Below are positions 11,400 to 23,787 of a stretch of 64,000 nucleotides of DNA, in pieces. The translations under genes and the position numbers were made by a program. Source of the stretch: Podarcis erhardii (lineage: Eukaryota); NCBI GenBank assembly GCA_964252035.1, contig OZ176206.1; one strand, written 5' to 3'. Each line of letters opens with the position of its first letter. Position 1 is the stretch's first letter. Below the pieces are notes generated by a model. The model did not search any database, was not told the DNA's origin, and saw only the letters and a program-made list of their open reading frames with translations.

Positions 11400-12120
11400 A
11401 CATGGCCCACCTTCCACCCGTCATAATTATACCTTGCGCTTCCGCCACTGCATACTTTGCAAATGTTAATTCACCCGCCCGCTGCGCATCGTGCATTTGG
11501 CAGCTCCTTAACTTCACGAGATCTCCTCTCTCTTCCCATTTGCCTTTAGCTTGCACGATCAGCTGTATGTGGGCGGCTCTCAGGAGTCACATCCGTTCAG
11601 TCGCCGCTCGATGTCTCCCCTCGTTCCAGACAAGGACGGGAGTTCCCTCTCCTCCATCACAGGAAGCGCTCTGTATGCTTTGGTGCTCCCCCCCCCCCAT
11701 TCTCTTCCGAGGCTGCAGGAAGCTTGGCATCTCACTGCGTCTGCACCCATCTGTCCATCTGGCTTGTAGCGTGTGCATGTGTGCGCTGCTTCGTGGTCTG
11801 ATTCTCTTTGTCCCCATCGCCGTCTTCGTCATCGCTGCCGCCGCCTCCCTCTCCTTGGCATATGCGTCTCCCGCTTTTGGCAAGAATGAATTAAAACTGC
11901 TTCCTCTTCCTAGCTGTGGACCAGTTATTTTTAGGCACGCTCACACATACTCATAAGCCCTCGCAGCCAGCAGTGTGGAGGTGTTTGTGATGAATATCAA
12001 GGCCCGGATAAACATGCGTGTGACTTACTGCCTGTGGGCGGATCTGATGTGAGGCTGCTGAGTGGTTTTAATTATTCCTTTTCATGATTATTACCGGCGA
12101 GGCGCCTGTGGTTATCACAA
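11400..12120. promoter_or_regulatory. CpG-enriched non-repetitive patch; candidate KLHL17 promoter or first exon
   Basis: Dense CpGs (e.g. cccgcccgctgcgcatcg, atcgccgtcttcgtcatcgctgccgccgcc) and GGGCGG boxes about 1.1-1.8 kb upstream of the exon-2 acceptor, in CpG-depleted surroundings. Confidence 0.45.
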
Positions 12121-13185
12121 TGCATGGTGCTCAGAGGCAGCGGAAGGGAGGCTTGTGCTTTGGAAGGAGCCTTGGGCAAAACTGTATGCCTCCCCCCCCC
12201 CCACCATTCAGTATTTAAATGGATAAAGTCCAGTTCCACCCAGCATCCAAGGTAGAACATAAAAGCAGCTCTGCTGCATCAGGCCAGTGCCCTATCTAGT
12301 GCAGTATGCTGTTCTCACAGTGGGCAGCCAGCTGCCCTTTCTGGAAAGTGCACAAGCAGGACCTGAGCACAACAGCAACTATTCCCTCTTGTGGTTCCTA
12401 GCAAAACGGCATTCAGAAGCCTATGGCCTCTGACAGCGGAGGTAGAATGTAGCCATACTGGCTAGTAGGCACTGATAGCCTTCTCTTCCATGAATTTGCC
12501 TGATCTAAATCATCTCCACATAATGCAATGATGAATAACATAAGGAGTTCCCTGCTGGATCAGGCCAGCGGCGCATCATAGTTCCGCATCTGGTTTTCAT
12601 AGTGAATGGAGGTAAAAGAGGATTGGATGAACTCATGGAAGGTATCAGTGGCTGGTAGCCATGAGAGCTGAGTTCTGCCTTCATTGCCAGAGGCAGTGTG
12701 TACTCAGGTCCTGCTTTCCTTTGGGGCTTCTGGTTGGCCACAGGGAGAACAGGATGCTGGACTAGCTGGGCCTTTGGCCCAATTAAGCAGAGCTCTTCTT
12801 ATGCTCTTGTTCATCATGCTCCCCTTGGATGGCTTTAGAAGGGGATTCGACACATTGATAGAGGGCAAGACTGGCAATGGCTGTTCCCTCCGCTATTGGA
12901 GGGAGCATGTCTCGGAACGCCAGTTGCTGGGAATTGCAAGCAGTGAGAGTTGCTGTTGGGCTCAGGGCCTTCTTTGGGGCTTTTTGGCTTGATCCAGCTG
13001 CCAGGCTCTTCTTACCTTCTTATTTTCCACTTTTGCATTCATATAGGGTGCTTCCGGTTGGGTAGCTGAAATGTTGCAAGGAGGTTGTCGGCTGCAGGGT
13101 GTTGTTGTTTAAACCAAGGAGCAGAGTTTAGGACCCCAAACTGTGATTAATCTGCTTCTTATCCTTCCCTAAAATGTTTCTCCAG

Positions 13186-13445
13186 AGAGGCTGAGAGGGC
13201 GCTGCCACGAGCCAGGAACGACCCGCCTGCAGCCATGGAAAGCGGAATGCAGCTCCTAAACCGGGATGGGCACAGCATCTCCCACAACTCGAAACGGCAC
13301 TACCACGACGCCTTCGTCTGCATGAACCGCATGCGGCAGCGATCCTTGCTCTGCGACATTGTGCTGCATGTGGCCACCAAGGAGATCAAGGCCCACAAAG
13401 TGGTGCTGGCTTCCTGCAGCCCTTACTTCCACGCCATGTTCACAA
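13186..13445 (+). CDS. KLHL17: KLHL17 exon 2 equivalent (260 bp): EAERALPRARNDPPAA-MESGMQLLNRDGH...PYFHAMFT
   Basis: Acceptor tttctccag|A. Strong Kozak gcagccATGG at 13235. Donor is CACAA|gcaagt (GC donor), which the frame into the next exon requires. Confidence 0.93.
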
Positions 13446-14200
13446 GCAAGTATCTCTACCCAAATCCTCTTCCTCTTGCGCCTGCTCCTTGCCTCAGTTG
13501 CCTTGAAAATCTACACCCAGATGGTTCATGTTCTGCTCCAGTTGAGGCAAAAATTCTGCAACCTGTAGAAATTCTGCAAGTTGAGTAGACTTTTAATTGG
13601 TGCCATTCCTCTTGCTGCACATAATTCATTAACCCTGAAATTCTTTCTGCTTTGAGACTTTCCCTTTCAGGTGAGCTGCAGAGCAGAGTTTCTCAAAGGG
13701 TGCATTAGATAACTTGCAAATGAACTTTGATAGGTGCATAATTTAATCTGGTGTTACTACTCATGGAGAAGGGGAAAGGGGCTATGTGGGGCACTAATTT
13801 AATTTTTAAAAAAATATTTATATCCTGCCTTTCTTTGTAAAGGAGCCAAGGGTGGCAAACACTTACGTAATAATAAGAAGAAGAAGATATCCCTTAATCA
13901 CGACATATATATATAGCAGACATTTTAAATAAATCCTACTCAGAGCAGATCTACTGAAATTAATTGGTCTAAGTTAGTGAAGTCCACCCAGTATAAACCA
14001 GCATGGGTCTCTAAGTGGGGGGGGGGAGCTATTGGTAGCGTTGTCTCTGGCTTTTTTTAAAGAATCAACCCCTCTTCCCAGAGAACTCTGGGAAATGTAG
14101 CTGTGAGGGGAACGGGAGGGAGTCTCCTAACAACTCTCAACACTCTTAAAAGACTACAGCTCCCAGGAGTCTTAGACAAAGCCACAACAGTTTAACATTA

Positions 14201-14420
14201 CAATGGTACCTCCGGTTGCAGACGGGATCCGTTCCAGAGCTCCGGTCAGATCCCAAGGTTTCCACAACCAAAGGGACAGCTTCTGCGCATGCACACACGG
14301 TGGTAGAGCACTTTTGTACATGCACACATGGCAAAAACCCAGAAATATACTTCCGGGTTTGCCGCTTATGTATCCCGAAGTTTACGTAAGTGGAGGGATA
14401 CGTAAGCGGAGGTACGACTG
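14201..14420. mobile_element. Tc1/mariner MITE, second subfamily (220 bp), in KLHL17 intron 2
   Basis: TIRs caatggtacctccg/cggaggtacgactg with TA TSD. Confidence 0.8.
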
Positions 14421-14707
14421 TATATGATACTGCTTTAAATGTATAGTGCAGATGGGGCCAAGTCTGAAGCAAGGGCTTCCCTCAGACCTCTAAGACTTGT
14501 GATTGTTGCTACCCAGAGATGAATTTGGGACTTTTTGCAAAGAAAGCATCTGTTCTGCCACTGATCTGCGGCTCCTCCTCCTCCCAAGGGCTGGATGGGC
14601 CTTGGCTTTTGCTGGGCACAGTGACCACAATAAAGCACCTAGGGGTTTCTGCTTAAGATACCCATGGCGTCCTCACGGAGTTCCCTTGTGTTTCCTTGCC
14701 ACCGCAG

Positions 14708-14829
14708 ATGAGATGAGTGAAAGCCGACAGACCCACATAACACTCCATGATATCGACCCACAGGCACTGGAGCAGCTGGTTCAATATGCCTACACGGCTG
14801 AGATTGTGGTGGGAGAAGGGAACGTACAG
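14708..14829 (+). CDS. KLHL17: KLHL17 exon 3 (122 bp): (N)EMSESRQTHITLHDIDPQALEQLVQYAYTAEIVVGEGNVQ
   Basis: ttgccaccgcag|AT ... GTACAG|gtaaga; BTB domain. Confidence 0.97.
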
Positions 14830-16519
14830 GTAAGATGGACCAGAAGGACCAGCATCTTTTCTATGGTTTCTTTGGGAACTGTCCTCACTGCTGCCTCACC
14901 TGCACCCTCTGCTGTTAAGCGGCAACAACACTGCTGTGGCATTCTGGTCTGATGCCCACTGACGAAAGTGGCAGGACCACGGACAGCTCCGAGGGAGCAA
15001 CTTGCTCAACAAAGGTTGGGAGCAGGCCGAGGCCTTTGGGGTCTCCAGACTTCTTCCTCCTGGCTCTGCCCACCTTGAGGGTACTTCAGAACCTTTGACC
15101 TGAAAACAGGCACAGATCCTCCATTCCATAGCTTCCCTTCTGGTGGGCTCTCAGCCCAGCCAGACTAGAGTCATGTGGTTCTTCAAGCAAAGGCATCAAT
15201 GAGGGTCCAGCCTTGGTGGTCTGCAAGTTCTTGCCCAGCCACCTGAGGTGTGATGGTCTGCATACCTTCATACATTCAGGTCTGAGCCCTGAACCAAACT
15301 AGCTCCCCACTTGGTGCCTTTGCAGCCTCCAACTCTTTGGGTGCAAGGGCCATGAAAGCTGCTGCTGTGCTGCCCCACCAGGCGAGCCATTCCTTTATAT
15401 TTCCTTCTGTTTCCAGCGTTCAGGGGTGGGTGTTGACCTTTTTGTAGTCACAATCGCACATGCGCACAGAGGTCTGTATCAGTAGGCTTGGAGAAATCCC
15501 CCTGCAGAGAACCCTCAATTCTTGCAGTTGTACAAAAATAAACTTTCTTGGGGGCGGAAATCCTAACAGAAGATCCCCTCAACCCCACACCACCCCAAAA
15601 AAGCCCCACCCCAATGAGGACTGAGCCAGGGGACAGTTGGAGAGATGGGTGAGAGAAGGAGTGGAATGGAGCATCTTGGATATGAGCAAGGAGCATTCCA
15701 CATGGCCATATGAGGTTCCTCGGTCCGTCTTGTTTAATGTCTATTTATGTATCAAAACCAAATTGCAGCAGCACCTCCAGGCTCCTGAACCACAGATGCT
15801 GCCTGCCTGTAATCTTATCACATTGCCCTCCCTGCAATTCCCGATGATGTCACATGATGGCTGGCTGGGGCTTTGTTTGCTGCTGGTCTTGCAGTGCTTC
15901 CAACAAGGCTGGCTCAGCTGGCCTGGAGCAACCCCTTCTCTGTCCCCATCTGTGGATCTCTCTTGGGTTTTTGTAGGTTCCAACAGAAGGTGGCGGCTGA
16001 AAGACTGCTCAGCGCAAAACCAGGATAATTGAGGGAAGCCTTGGTCCAAAGTAGAAGCTTTCCTGCTATGTTTGTGCTGACTGCACAGCTTTCCATTTTA
16101 AAAAATGGAAAGAAAAATGATGACACACAACTGATCAAAATGCAAGAAGCAGAAGTGTTCTTAGTGCTATGGGGCTGGGGCACTCTTCTCTCCTGCAACT
16201 TCCAGGACCTGGTATTCAGGAGCATTGCTTCCTCTGGCTGTGGAGGCAGTGCATAGCCATCAGGGATAGAAGCCATTGATAGCCTTGCCTCCATGAATTT
16301 GTCCAATCCTCTTTGAAAGACACCCAAGTTGGTGGCCGTCACTGCCTCCAGTGGGAAGGAGTTCTAGCAAGATCGGACCCTGCCCATCAGCTGGTGTCAC
16401 CTAAAGATGTTAGCTGATCAGCAGGTGGGTGTGGTTTGGGGAGGAAATGACTTCACAGGCCAATTTAGACCCCCTGGTGGGCCAAGATTGTTTCCTTGTG
16501 TGTTTTTCCCCTTTGGAAG

Positions 16520-17530
16520 ATTTCTTAAATAAGTTTTCCAAAATTTCACAATACATTTCAATACATAATAAAAACATTTTGTTTTTTTACTTCCCGCTCC
16601 CTTTTCCATGGTTTTTTTCTGTTTCTCTCCCTCTGCTATATCCTGTCTTCTATCTCTTAAACTCTTAAACAAAAGTGCTATAATCTTTAATCCATTCTGT
16701 TGCTCATAATTCAAATCCTACTCGCGTGTTCACCATATCATAATATTTCTCTAAATTGTGATGGCCTGGGACTCGGGCTCGGACTTAGAACCAGAGGAGA
16801 CACAGTCTGCACCAGATCCTGGGGCCTGATCCTGAAGAGTCCCAGTCTGCACAGGTTCCCCTGCAACAAACACCAGCTGGGCTGAGTCAGGGGCCTGAGC
16901 CTGCCCTGGCTCTAGATGCGGGGATTACCTCGTTGCCTTCAGCTGGGCCATCACTTACATTTGCTCCACTACCGGTTTGGTCAGGGGAGGCTGAGGTGGC
17001 CCCTTGGTCTAGTAACCCACCAATATCTCCCGAGCTGCAGAGACTAAGATCTGAAAGAAGGAGAGACCTGAGTACTCACAGGAGGGGTGCTGACCTTCGG
17101 GCAAAGCAGGGAGGTGAGTCAGGACTGGCTGCTACCCTGACAAAGATAAAAAGCTGTCCGACTCCGCCCCCAGGTTGCGGGAGCAACATTGCTGTATGCT
17201 AGATCCTGCCTGAGAACCTGTACCTGTCCTTAACTGGTTTCCTGCCTCGTGTCCTGCCTTGGCCCTGTTGGACTGACTCATAGCGGAACCTCCAGATTCT
17301 GGACCAGTCCTGCACCGTGTTTCATGGGTTACCACCGGGCCCAGCACATAAATAATCCGAAAAGCGTTTCCATTCTTCCACAAAGCCTTCATCATTAGGT
17401 TCTCTTATTTTAGCTGTTAAATTTGCCAATTTTGCATAATCCATCACCTCACTTATCCATTCTTCTTTAGTGGGTATTTCTGCTTCTTTCCATTTTTGCA
17501 CATGGAGAATCCTAGCTGCAGTTGTTTCCT
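16520..17530 (-). mobile_element. L1 ORF2 C-terminus + 3' UTR fragment, split by a solo LTR
   Basis: Minus strand encodes AARILHVQKWKEAEIPTKEEWISEVMDYAKLANLTAKIR...EEWKRFSDYL | EKYYDMVNTRVGFEL*, continuous once 16757-17348 and one TSD copy are removed. Confidence 0.8.
16757..17348 (+). mobile_element. Solo LTR (592 bp), Gypsy-like or other LTR class
   Basis: Termini TGTG...CACA; perfect 5-bp TSD taaat at 16752-16756 and 17349-17353; TATA-like gataaaa at about 17145. Orientation inferred from the TATA-like box. Confidence 0.8.
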
Positions 17531-18123
17531 TGTTACATATATTGTACATGTCACTTTGTAAACAGCTTAGGAACTGTCTTTAAGTACATAGTAGTATATA
17601 AGGAGGCAGTGATGGTCACCAACTTGGATAGCTTTAAAAGAGGATTAGATGTATTGATGGAGAGGGCTAACGATGTTTACCAGCTGCAACGGCTATGATC
17701 TGCCTTCATAGTTGGCTGCAGCAATGCTTCTGAATAGCTATTGTTGGAAACATCAGGAGGGGAGACTGCTCTTGCGCTTGAATACTGCTCACTGGTTTCC
17801 CACATGCATCTGGCCGGCCACTGTGTGAACAGGATGCTAGACCAGGTGGGCTATCGGCCTGACCCAGCAGGGCTCTTCTTAAATATATTAAATAAAAATG
17901 GCCTGCAGCCTAAAGGCTCCCCACCCCTAGCATCCTGGTTCAAGAACTGTAACATGTTGGGAAAGTCCTTCTCTGTAGGTCTCAGCTTTTAAGATTGTTT
18001 CTTGCTGTCTGGAGAAGGATGGAAGCGGATGTTCCACGGTGGTATTAGGACCAAGAGTGTCACAACCGGCGAGGGTTGGGGGGAGTGAGATACCTGCCTG
18101 TGACAGGCTTTTTTGCCTTGCAG

Positions 18124-18345
18124 ACGCTGCTTCCTGCCGCCAGCCTCCTCCAGCTGAATGGGGTGCGGGATGCTTGCTGCAAGTTTCTGTTGAGCCAGCT
18201 GGACCCCTCCAACTGCCTGGGCATCCGGGGCTTCGCAGACACGCACTCCTGCAGCGACCTGTTGAAGTCGGCCCACAAATATGTCCTGCAGCACTTTGTG
18301 GATGTCTCCAAGACAGAAGAGTTCATGCTTCTGCCTCTCAAGCAG
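18124..18345 (+). CDS. KLHL17: KLHL17 exon 4 (222 bp): [33 protein letters not shown]...[10 protein letters not shown]
   Basis: ttttgccttgcag|ACG ... AAGCAG|gtaaga; BTB-BACK junction. Confidence 0.97.
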
Positions 18346-18506
18346 GTAAGAGATTGCACAGCCTTTTTTTTGCCTTGTGTGTCAGGTTTCGTGAATGGTA
18401 CGAAGCAGCACCAGGGTTCGCTCACCTGCTTGAGATTGAGGCTGCAATCTAGCTTTGCAAATGAAATCCACAAAACGTTTTAGTCGCACAAACTAAAGGT
18501 ATAATG

Positions 18507-18642
18507 CAGGCTTCCTCAACCTCGCCCCTCCAGATGTTTTTGGCCTACAACTCCCATGATCTCTAGCTAGCAGGACCAGTGGTCAGGGATGATGGGAATT
18601 GTTGTCTCAAAACATCTGGAGGGCCAAGGTTGAGGAAGCCTG
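18507..18642. mobile_element. hAT-type palindromic MITE (136 bp)
   Basis: TIRs CAGGCTTCCTCAACC/GGTTGAGGAAGCCTG; 8-bp TSD gtataatg. Confidence 0.92.
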
Positions 18643-19838
18643 GTATAATGAGTGATCGATTCCCCCATCCCCCATGTTTGGTTTTGCACACAGACACTCA
18701 GTCCCATCAGTTTATGCAAATGTCTGGATTCAGTGGGAAACCAACACCGTGAATGCTGTCCAAACGCCCTGGTATATAAATATGGCTAGAGTGAGTCTGG
18801 CTCAGGATAGCACAGCTTCCTGTGTAGTCCTAAAGGGTTAAAAAATTGAGGGAGGTACCTCCCTTCTAGCAACTTCAGTGCCTCCAATCTCTTTTCCAAG
18901 CCACAGGCCAAGCTTTACAGCTGGTATAGGAAGAGTGCATGTAAATACGTGCTGACCTAATGTGCTTCTTATGCAGTAAGAAAACACCAGTGTGCCTTCT
19001 CATTAAAACTCCTCCTGCGTTTCCATAAGGCCATTCCTGCCTTTGCTGGTGGCATCATGCCAGCTTCTCCTTGGACACTGTTGCCTGTGCTTGGCAGGCA
19101 CCACCGTGATGCCCTTTGTAGATGGGAAGCATTGGGAAGGGCTGTGTTTTTTGTTTTTAGTGGGGGGGGAGGCGTGCTTTGCATGCAGAAGGTCCCAGGT
19201 TTAATACCCCCCAATCTGAAGTTCTGGAAAGCCACTGCTGGTCAGTGTAGACACTACTGAGCTAGATGGACCAATGGTCTGAGTATAAGGCAACTTCCTA
19301 TGTCCCTATGGTTTATGTAGCTTAGTGATAGAGCATCTGCTTTGCATGCAGAACCTCGATCCTTGGCACCTCCAGTTAAAAAAGCTCTCAAGTAGCAGTA
19401 AAGACCACTAGCTGAATCCTTGGGCAGCTGCTACCAGCAAAAGGGGCCATTAGTGAGTTTAGATGAGAGATCAGTAACCTGCTAGGTGGTTTTCAAATAT
19501 AAAACCAAGCACTTACCTATAAAGACCCATCACTAGCACACACAATAAAAGAACCCCATCCAAAGACAAAAAATGGAATGTTCACGATTAGAATAACCAA
19601 CAAGCAATCCCACTATAACAGCAACATAGTTAAAGCAGTCTGCTGAGGTCCCAGTGAGCCTCTTCTAATGTTCTTATGTTGTTCTTATCTCAATCTCTTG
19701 ATCTGGATCCTGCTTAGAAATGCTGGCAGTTCTTGGGATCAACTTTGTTCAATTCCATTTTTCCAGTGCAGTGTCTGAAATAATCCAAATTTTCTATTCT
19801 TTTCACCCCCCTCCACCCACCCCGGTCCTCCTCTACAG

Positions 19839-19955
19839 GTGCTAGATCTCATCTCCAGTGACAGCCTCAATGTGCCCTCAGAGGAGGAAGTCTATCGAGC
19901 TGTTTTGAGCTGGGTGAAGCATGATGTGGACAGTCGAAGGCAGCATATCCCCAGG
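19839..19955 (+). CDS. KLHL17: KLHL17 exon 5 (117 bp): VLDLISSDSLNVPSEEEVYRAVLSWVKHDVDSRRQHIPR
   Basis: ctcctctacag|GTG ... CCCAGG|gtacgt; BACK domain. Confidence 0.97.
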
Positions 19956-20319
19956 GTACGTGGCTGTGCGGGTTTCGGTGCTGTTTGGGATGAATGTGGG
20001 AGGGAGGTTGCATGCTACATAGCCAAGAGTCTGCTATTTTCATCTGACCCCCCAAATGGTGGTTGCTGGGTCTCCAGGCTCTCCTCCATACCTTCCTTGA
20101 CCTCAGGCTAAGCTTCTGTGCAAGGTCAGGGACAAGTCACTGCTTCCCTCCCCAAAGTTTGTAGAGGGGTGGGGTGGCTCATCCCTGCAGCTGCACCAGA
20201 GTGCCTCAGTAGCCCAGCAACAAAGCCACCAGCTCCAGGCTTTCTTTGCTAACTCCAAGCTGGTGCAGGTGCCAAGGATTCTCCCACAGTTGCACTGTTG
20301 GTTTACAGCACCGTACAAT

Positions 20320-20672
20320 GACGCGGGTGGCGCTGTGGGTTAAACCACAGAGCTTAGGGCTTGCTGATCAGAAGGTCGGCGGTTTGAATCCCCGCAACAG
20401 GGTGAGCTCCCGTTGCTCGTTCCCTGCTCCTGCCAACCTAGCAGTTCAAAAGCACCTCAAAGTGCAAGTAGATAAATAGGTACCACTCTGGTGGGAAGAT
20501 AAACGGCATTTCCGTTCGCTGCTCTGCTTCACCAGAAGCGGCTTAGTCATGCTGGCCACATGACCCGGAAGCTGTACGCCGGCTCCCTCAGCCAGTAAAG
20601 CGAGATGAGCGCCGCAACCCCAGAGTCGATCACAACTGGACCTAATGGTCAGGGGTCCCTTTACCTTTACCT
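20320..20672 (+). mobile_element. Near full-length Sauria SINE in KLHL17 intron 5
   Basis: GACGCGGGTGGCGCTGTGGGTTAAACC head and ccctttacctttacc tail; tacaatgac repeated at 20314-20322 and 20673-20681 (TSD-like). Confidence 0.92.
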
Positions 20673-21491
20673 TACAATGACAAAAGTGATTATTCCTCCT
20701 AGCTGTCCAGCTCCAAGCTGGAGAAGGATGGCTCTTCTTATTTTACTCACCAAAGGAAATACTCATCGTGGCGAACAGAATTATTGACCCCTCTGTATGA
20801 CATAATCGCACAACTGATTTCAAAAACAGGACAGCCTTCTTTTTCGCCTACCGATGGATGCCATTCTAGAGACAGAGACAGAGAGAAAGAATGAATGGGT
20901 CATCTGATTTTATTCCGCTGTAGTTAAGAACGGGAAGGAATTCGATTCAGTTCACGTTTAAAATCAAATCTATCTAATTTGCACTTTCCGAAACGATGCA
21001 GAAAGCAAAGCACAATCGTCCTCCAAAATGTGCAAATCTCTGAATTTCTCAGTGCATTTCCCCTCACAGAGCAACAGTTCTTAACAGTCAATCCCACTTT
21101 CTGGGGGACTCTGGAAATTGTAGCTAATAGGGGTTGCTTAACAACTCTCAGCGTTCTTAACAAACTACAGTTCCCAGGATGCTTTGTGGGGAGCCATGGC
21201 CATTTCAACTGGGGTAGTAGTTAAAGAGTTGGACTAGGACTTGGAACAGCAGAGTTCAAATGGAGGAAAAAGGTGAGATATAAATACAATGAATAAATTG
21301 ATACTGCTTTAAATGCATAGTGCAAATGGAGCCTTAGTTGGGTGCAACCCTTAGTGCAAACAAGTTTGGGTCAATGCCCAAGGAATAGGTTGTCCGAAAG
21401 TGACCCTGTTCATGCATGATTCCCATTCCAGACCCTGCAGTTTTCCTTCCCCCTCACACCCCGCCCAAACCTTCTCCTTTCTTCTCCCCAG

Positions 21492-21705
21492 CTCATGAAG
21501 TGTGTCCGGCTTCCCCTCCTAAGCCGTGACTTCTTGATGAGCAACGTCGACACAGAGCTGCTTGTGCGGCACCAGTCAGAATGCAAGGACCTTCTCATCG
21601 AAGCCCTCAAGTACCATCTCATGCCTGAGCAGAGAGGCGTCCTTAGTAACAGCCGAACGCGCCCCCGGCGTTGCGAGGGGGCCAGCACTGTGCTCTTTGC
21701 CGTGG
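21492..21705 (+). CDS. KLHL17: KLHL17 exon 6 (214 bp): LMKCVRLPLLSRDFLMSNVD...RCEGASTVLFAV(G)
   Basis: cttctccccag|CTC ... GCCGTGG|gtaagg. Confidence 0.97.
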
Positions 21706-22316
21706 GTAAGGAGGCTTGGCCAAGACCAAGGAACTGGATGTTGGGGGTTGTGGGGAGAGGGGGAACTTCTGGAGGTTGAACAAAGGAAGGACTAGATGAG
21801 GGGAATGATTGAGCAGGTGGCACAACTTCCTGGCCTGTTGAGGAGGCGTTTCCACTTTAGCACTGTGGGTGCTGTTCAGATTGTCTCTGTCTAGTCATAA
21901 CTGTTAAGCAAAATCACATAAACAAAGCAAGCTGGAACACAGAGAGAAAAATCCTGATAACAGTTTTTCCGAGCCCACTAGACAAAATCAGTGTATAATT
22001 TGAGAAGAAAGAAACGGAGAGGTTTTTGTCTTTTCTTAGTTCAGACCTTGTACAGAGCAGGGTTAGATATTCAATCTAACACAGGGAAAACTGCCTCACA
22101 ACTGCACAGCCACTCACAGCACATGCTACCTCATGCAAGCACAAGCTAAAGATCATGCTGCTCTGCCAGGTTGCTAAGCAAAACCTCCACCTATTCCCCC
22201 TTCCTTGGCTAGTTGACTAACAGCAGAATTTACCCTTAAGGTGTACACTGAATGATCTCTGCTGTTGCACTTCCCACGATAACTGGTTGGCGGGCTATAC
22301 AATATATTATCTAGAT

Positions 22317-22600
22317 CAGGCACGTCCAACTCACAAGAGGCTGCGAGGGGGGAAGCCAAAGTTGTCGAGATTTTTTGGGAGAGGGGAAGATCTAACTATA
22401 CTTTAGTTTTCTAACTCATCAGCTACATACAATTAAATACCACCCATTTGACACAATGGAGGAACAGAGCGATGGAGGAAGGAGGCAGGGACTTTCACTG
22501 CATTGCTTTTCACTACTGCCGATCGAGAGGGATCCCGTGATCAACCAAGATCAGCCAGGGATCGACCTATCAATCACGGTTGACCGGTTGGACATCTCTG
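22317..22600. mobile_element. hAT-type MITE (284 bp)
   Basis: TIRs caggcacgtccaac/gttggacatctctg; TSD atctagat/atctacat (7/8). Confidence 0.75.
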
Positions 22601-23192
22601 ATCTACATGATGGAGAATGATGATGGGAGTTAAGAGTCCCAACAACTTATGGTGACAGATTCCTTATTCTCTCTGTAGAACCAGAGGCTACCTGTTGGAT
22701 GCTATTACTTGCTTCCATTGAGATCCTCCCCCCTACCCCGCTGGGGCTTGTTCAACACTCCCTGGTCACCTCCTACCATCCCTCCATGTTTCCTCACAAC
22801 TTTAATGGGACTTTACATCATGTGATAGTACATTGTACAGTCTCTGGGGAGCCCAATCCAGTCCTTCAGATTCTCTGTGTGGCCCTCTCCCCAGGATGAA
22901 CCCCTAATTTGGTCTGCTTTGCACCCAAACATTTTTGCAGCCCACCTAAGCGGCAGCTTATCAGGTGCCAGGAGTCAAAGGCTAAGAGCCAGACATGTGC
23001 AAACCACTGACTTGCAGGGAGCAGCCTTCAGGCTCACCTCCTATGGATTGCCTATAGCCCAGTCCTGACAGGAGGTTGCCTCAGAAACAGCTGTGTGAAC
23101 TGAGCCCCGAGATGAGCTTGCGGAGAGCCCCTTGGCCTTACCCCCTGGCCTTCCAGCTTGTCACTTTCTCCCCGCTTTCTGTTTTCGTGCAG

Positions 23193-23337
23193 GTGGCGGC
23201 AGCCTCTTTGCCATCCATGGTGACTGTGAGGCCTACGACACCAGGACAGACCGCTGGCACATGGTGGCTTCGATGTCCACTCGCCGGGCCAGGGTGGGCG
23301 TTGCTGCCATTGGGAACAAGCTGTATGCCGTGGGCGG
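23193..23337 (+). CDS. KLHL17: KLHL17 exon 7 (145 bp): GGSLFAIHGDCEAYDTRTDRWHMVASMSTRRARVGVAAIGNKLYAVG(G)
   Basis: ttttcgtgcag|GT ... GGCGG|gtaagg; Kelch repeats. Confidence 0.97.
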
Positions 23338-23787
23338 GTAAGGAATAATTCTCAGCCACTCTCACTCCCCCCACCCCACCCCCATGGCTGTCATCACATA
23401 ATTTCAAGGGAGCAATAGATGTCAGGGAGGGAGAATTTCGTATTTATGGAACCCGGCCTGGTGATTATCGGCTAGTGGTAACGTGGAAGCAGACGTTTTC
23501 ATTGGTAGCTCCAGTGTTATGGAACGCATTCCCTGTTGCATCTGCCAGCTTTTGAAGACACACCTGTTTACACAGGCATTACTCTGATCTCTTGACCAGA
23601 GTGCCCTGTTTTAATTATTGTGTTGGTTTAATTGTTTATTTTGATTGTGGATGTTTGTTTTTTTAAAATATATTTTTCATTGAAAAATTTCAACATAAAA
23701 TACAATAAGAATCAAACTAATATACAGAACAATAATATTTTAGAAACCAGAAGGGAAAAAAGAAAGGAAAGAAAGAAAAAAGAAATA

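Noticed and set aside
11402-11956. 184-aa ORF upstream of KLHL17
   Set aside because: No recognisable domain or similarity to the KLHL17 N-terminus, and no usable donor. An open frame is expected by chance in GC-rich sequence.
13450-13451. GT as the exon-2 donor
   Set aside because: It adds 4 nt and breaks the frame with exon 3; the GC at 13446 fits.
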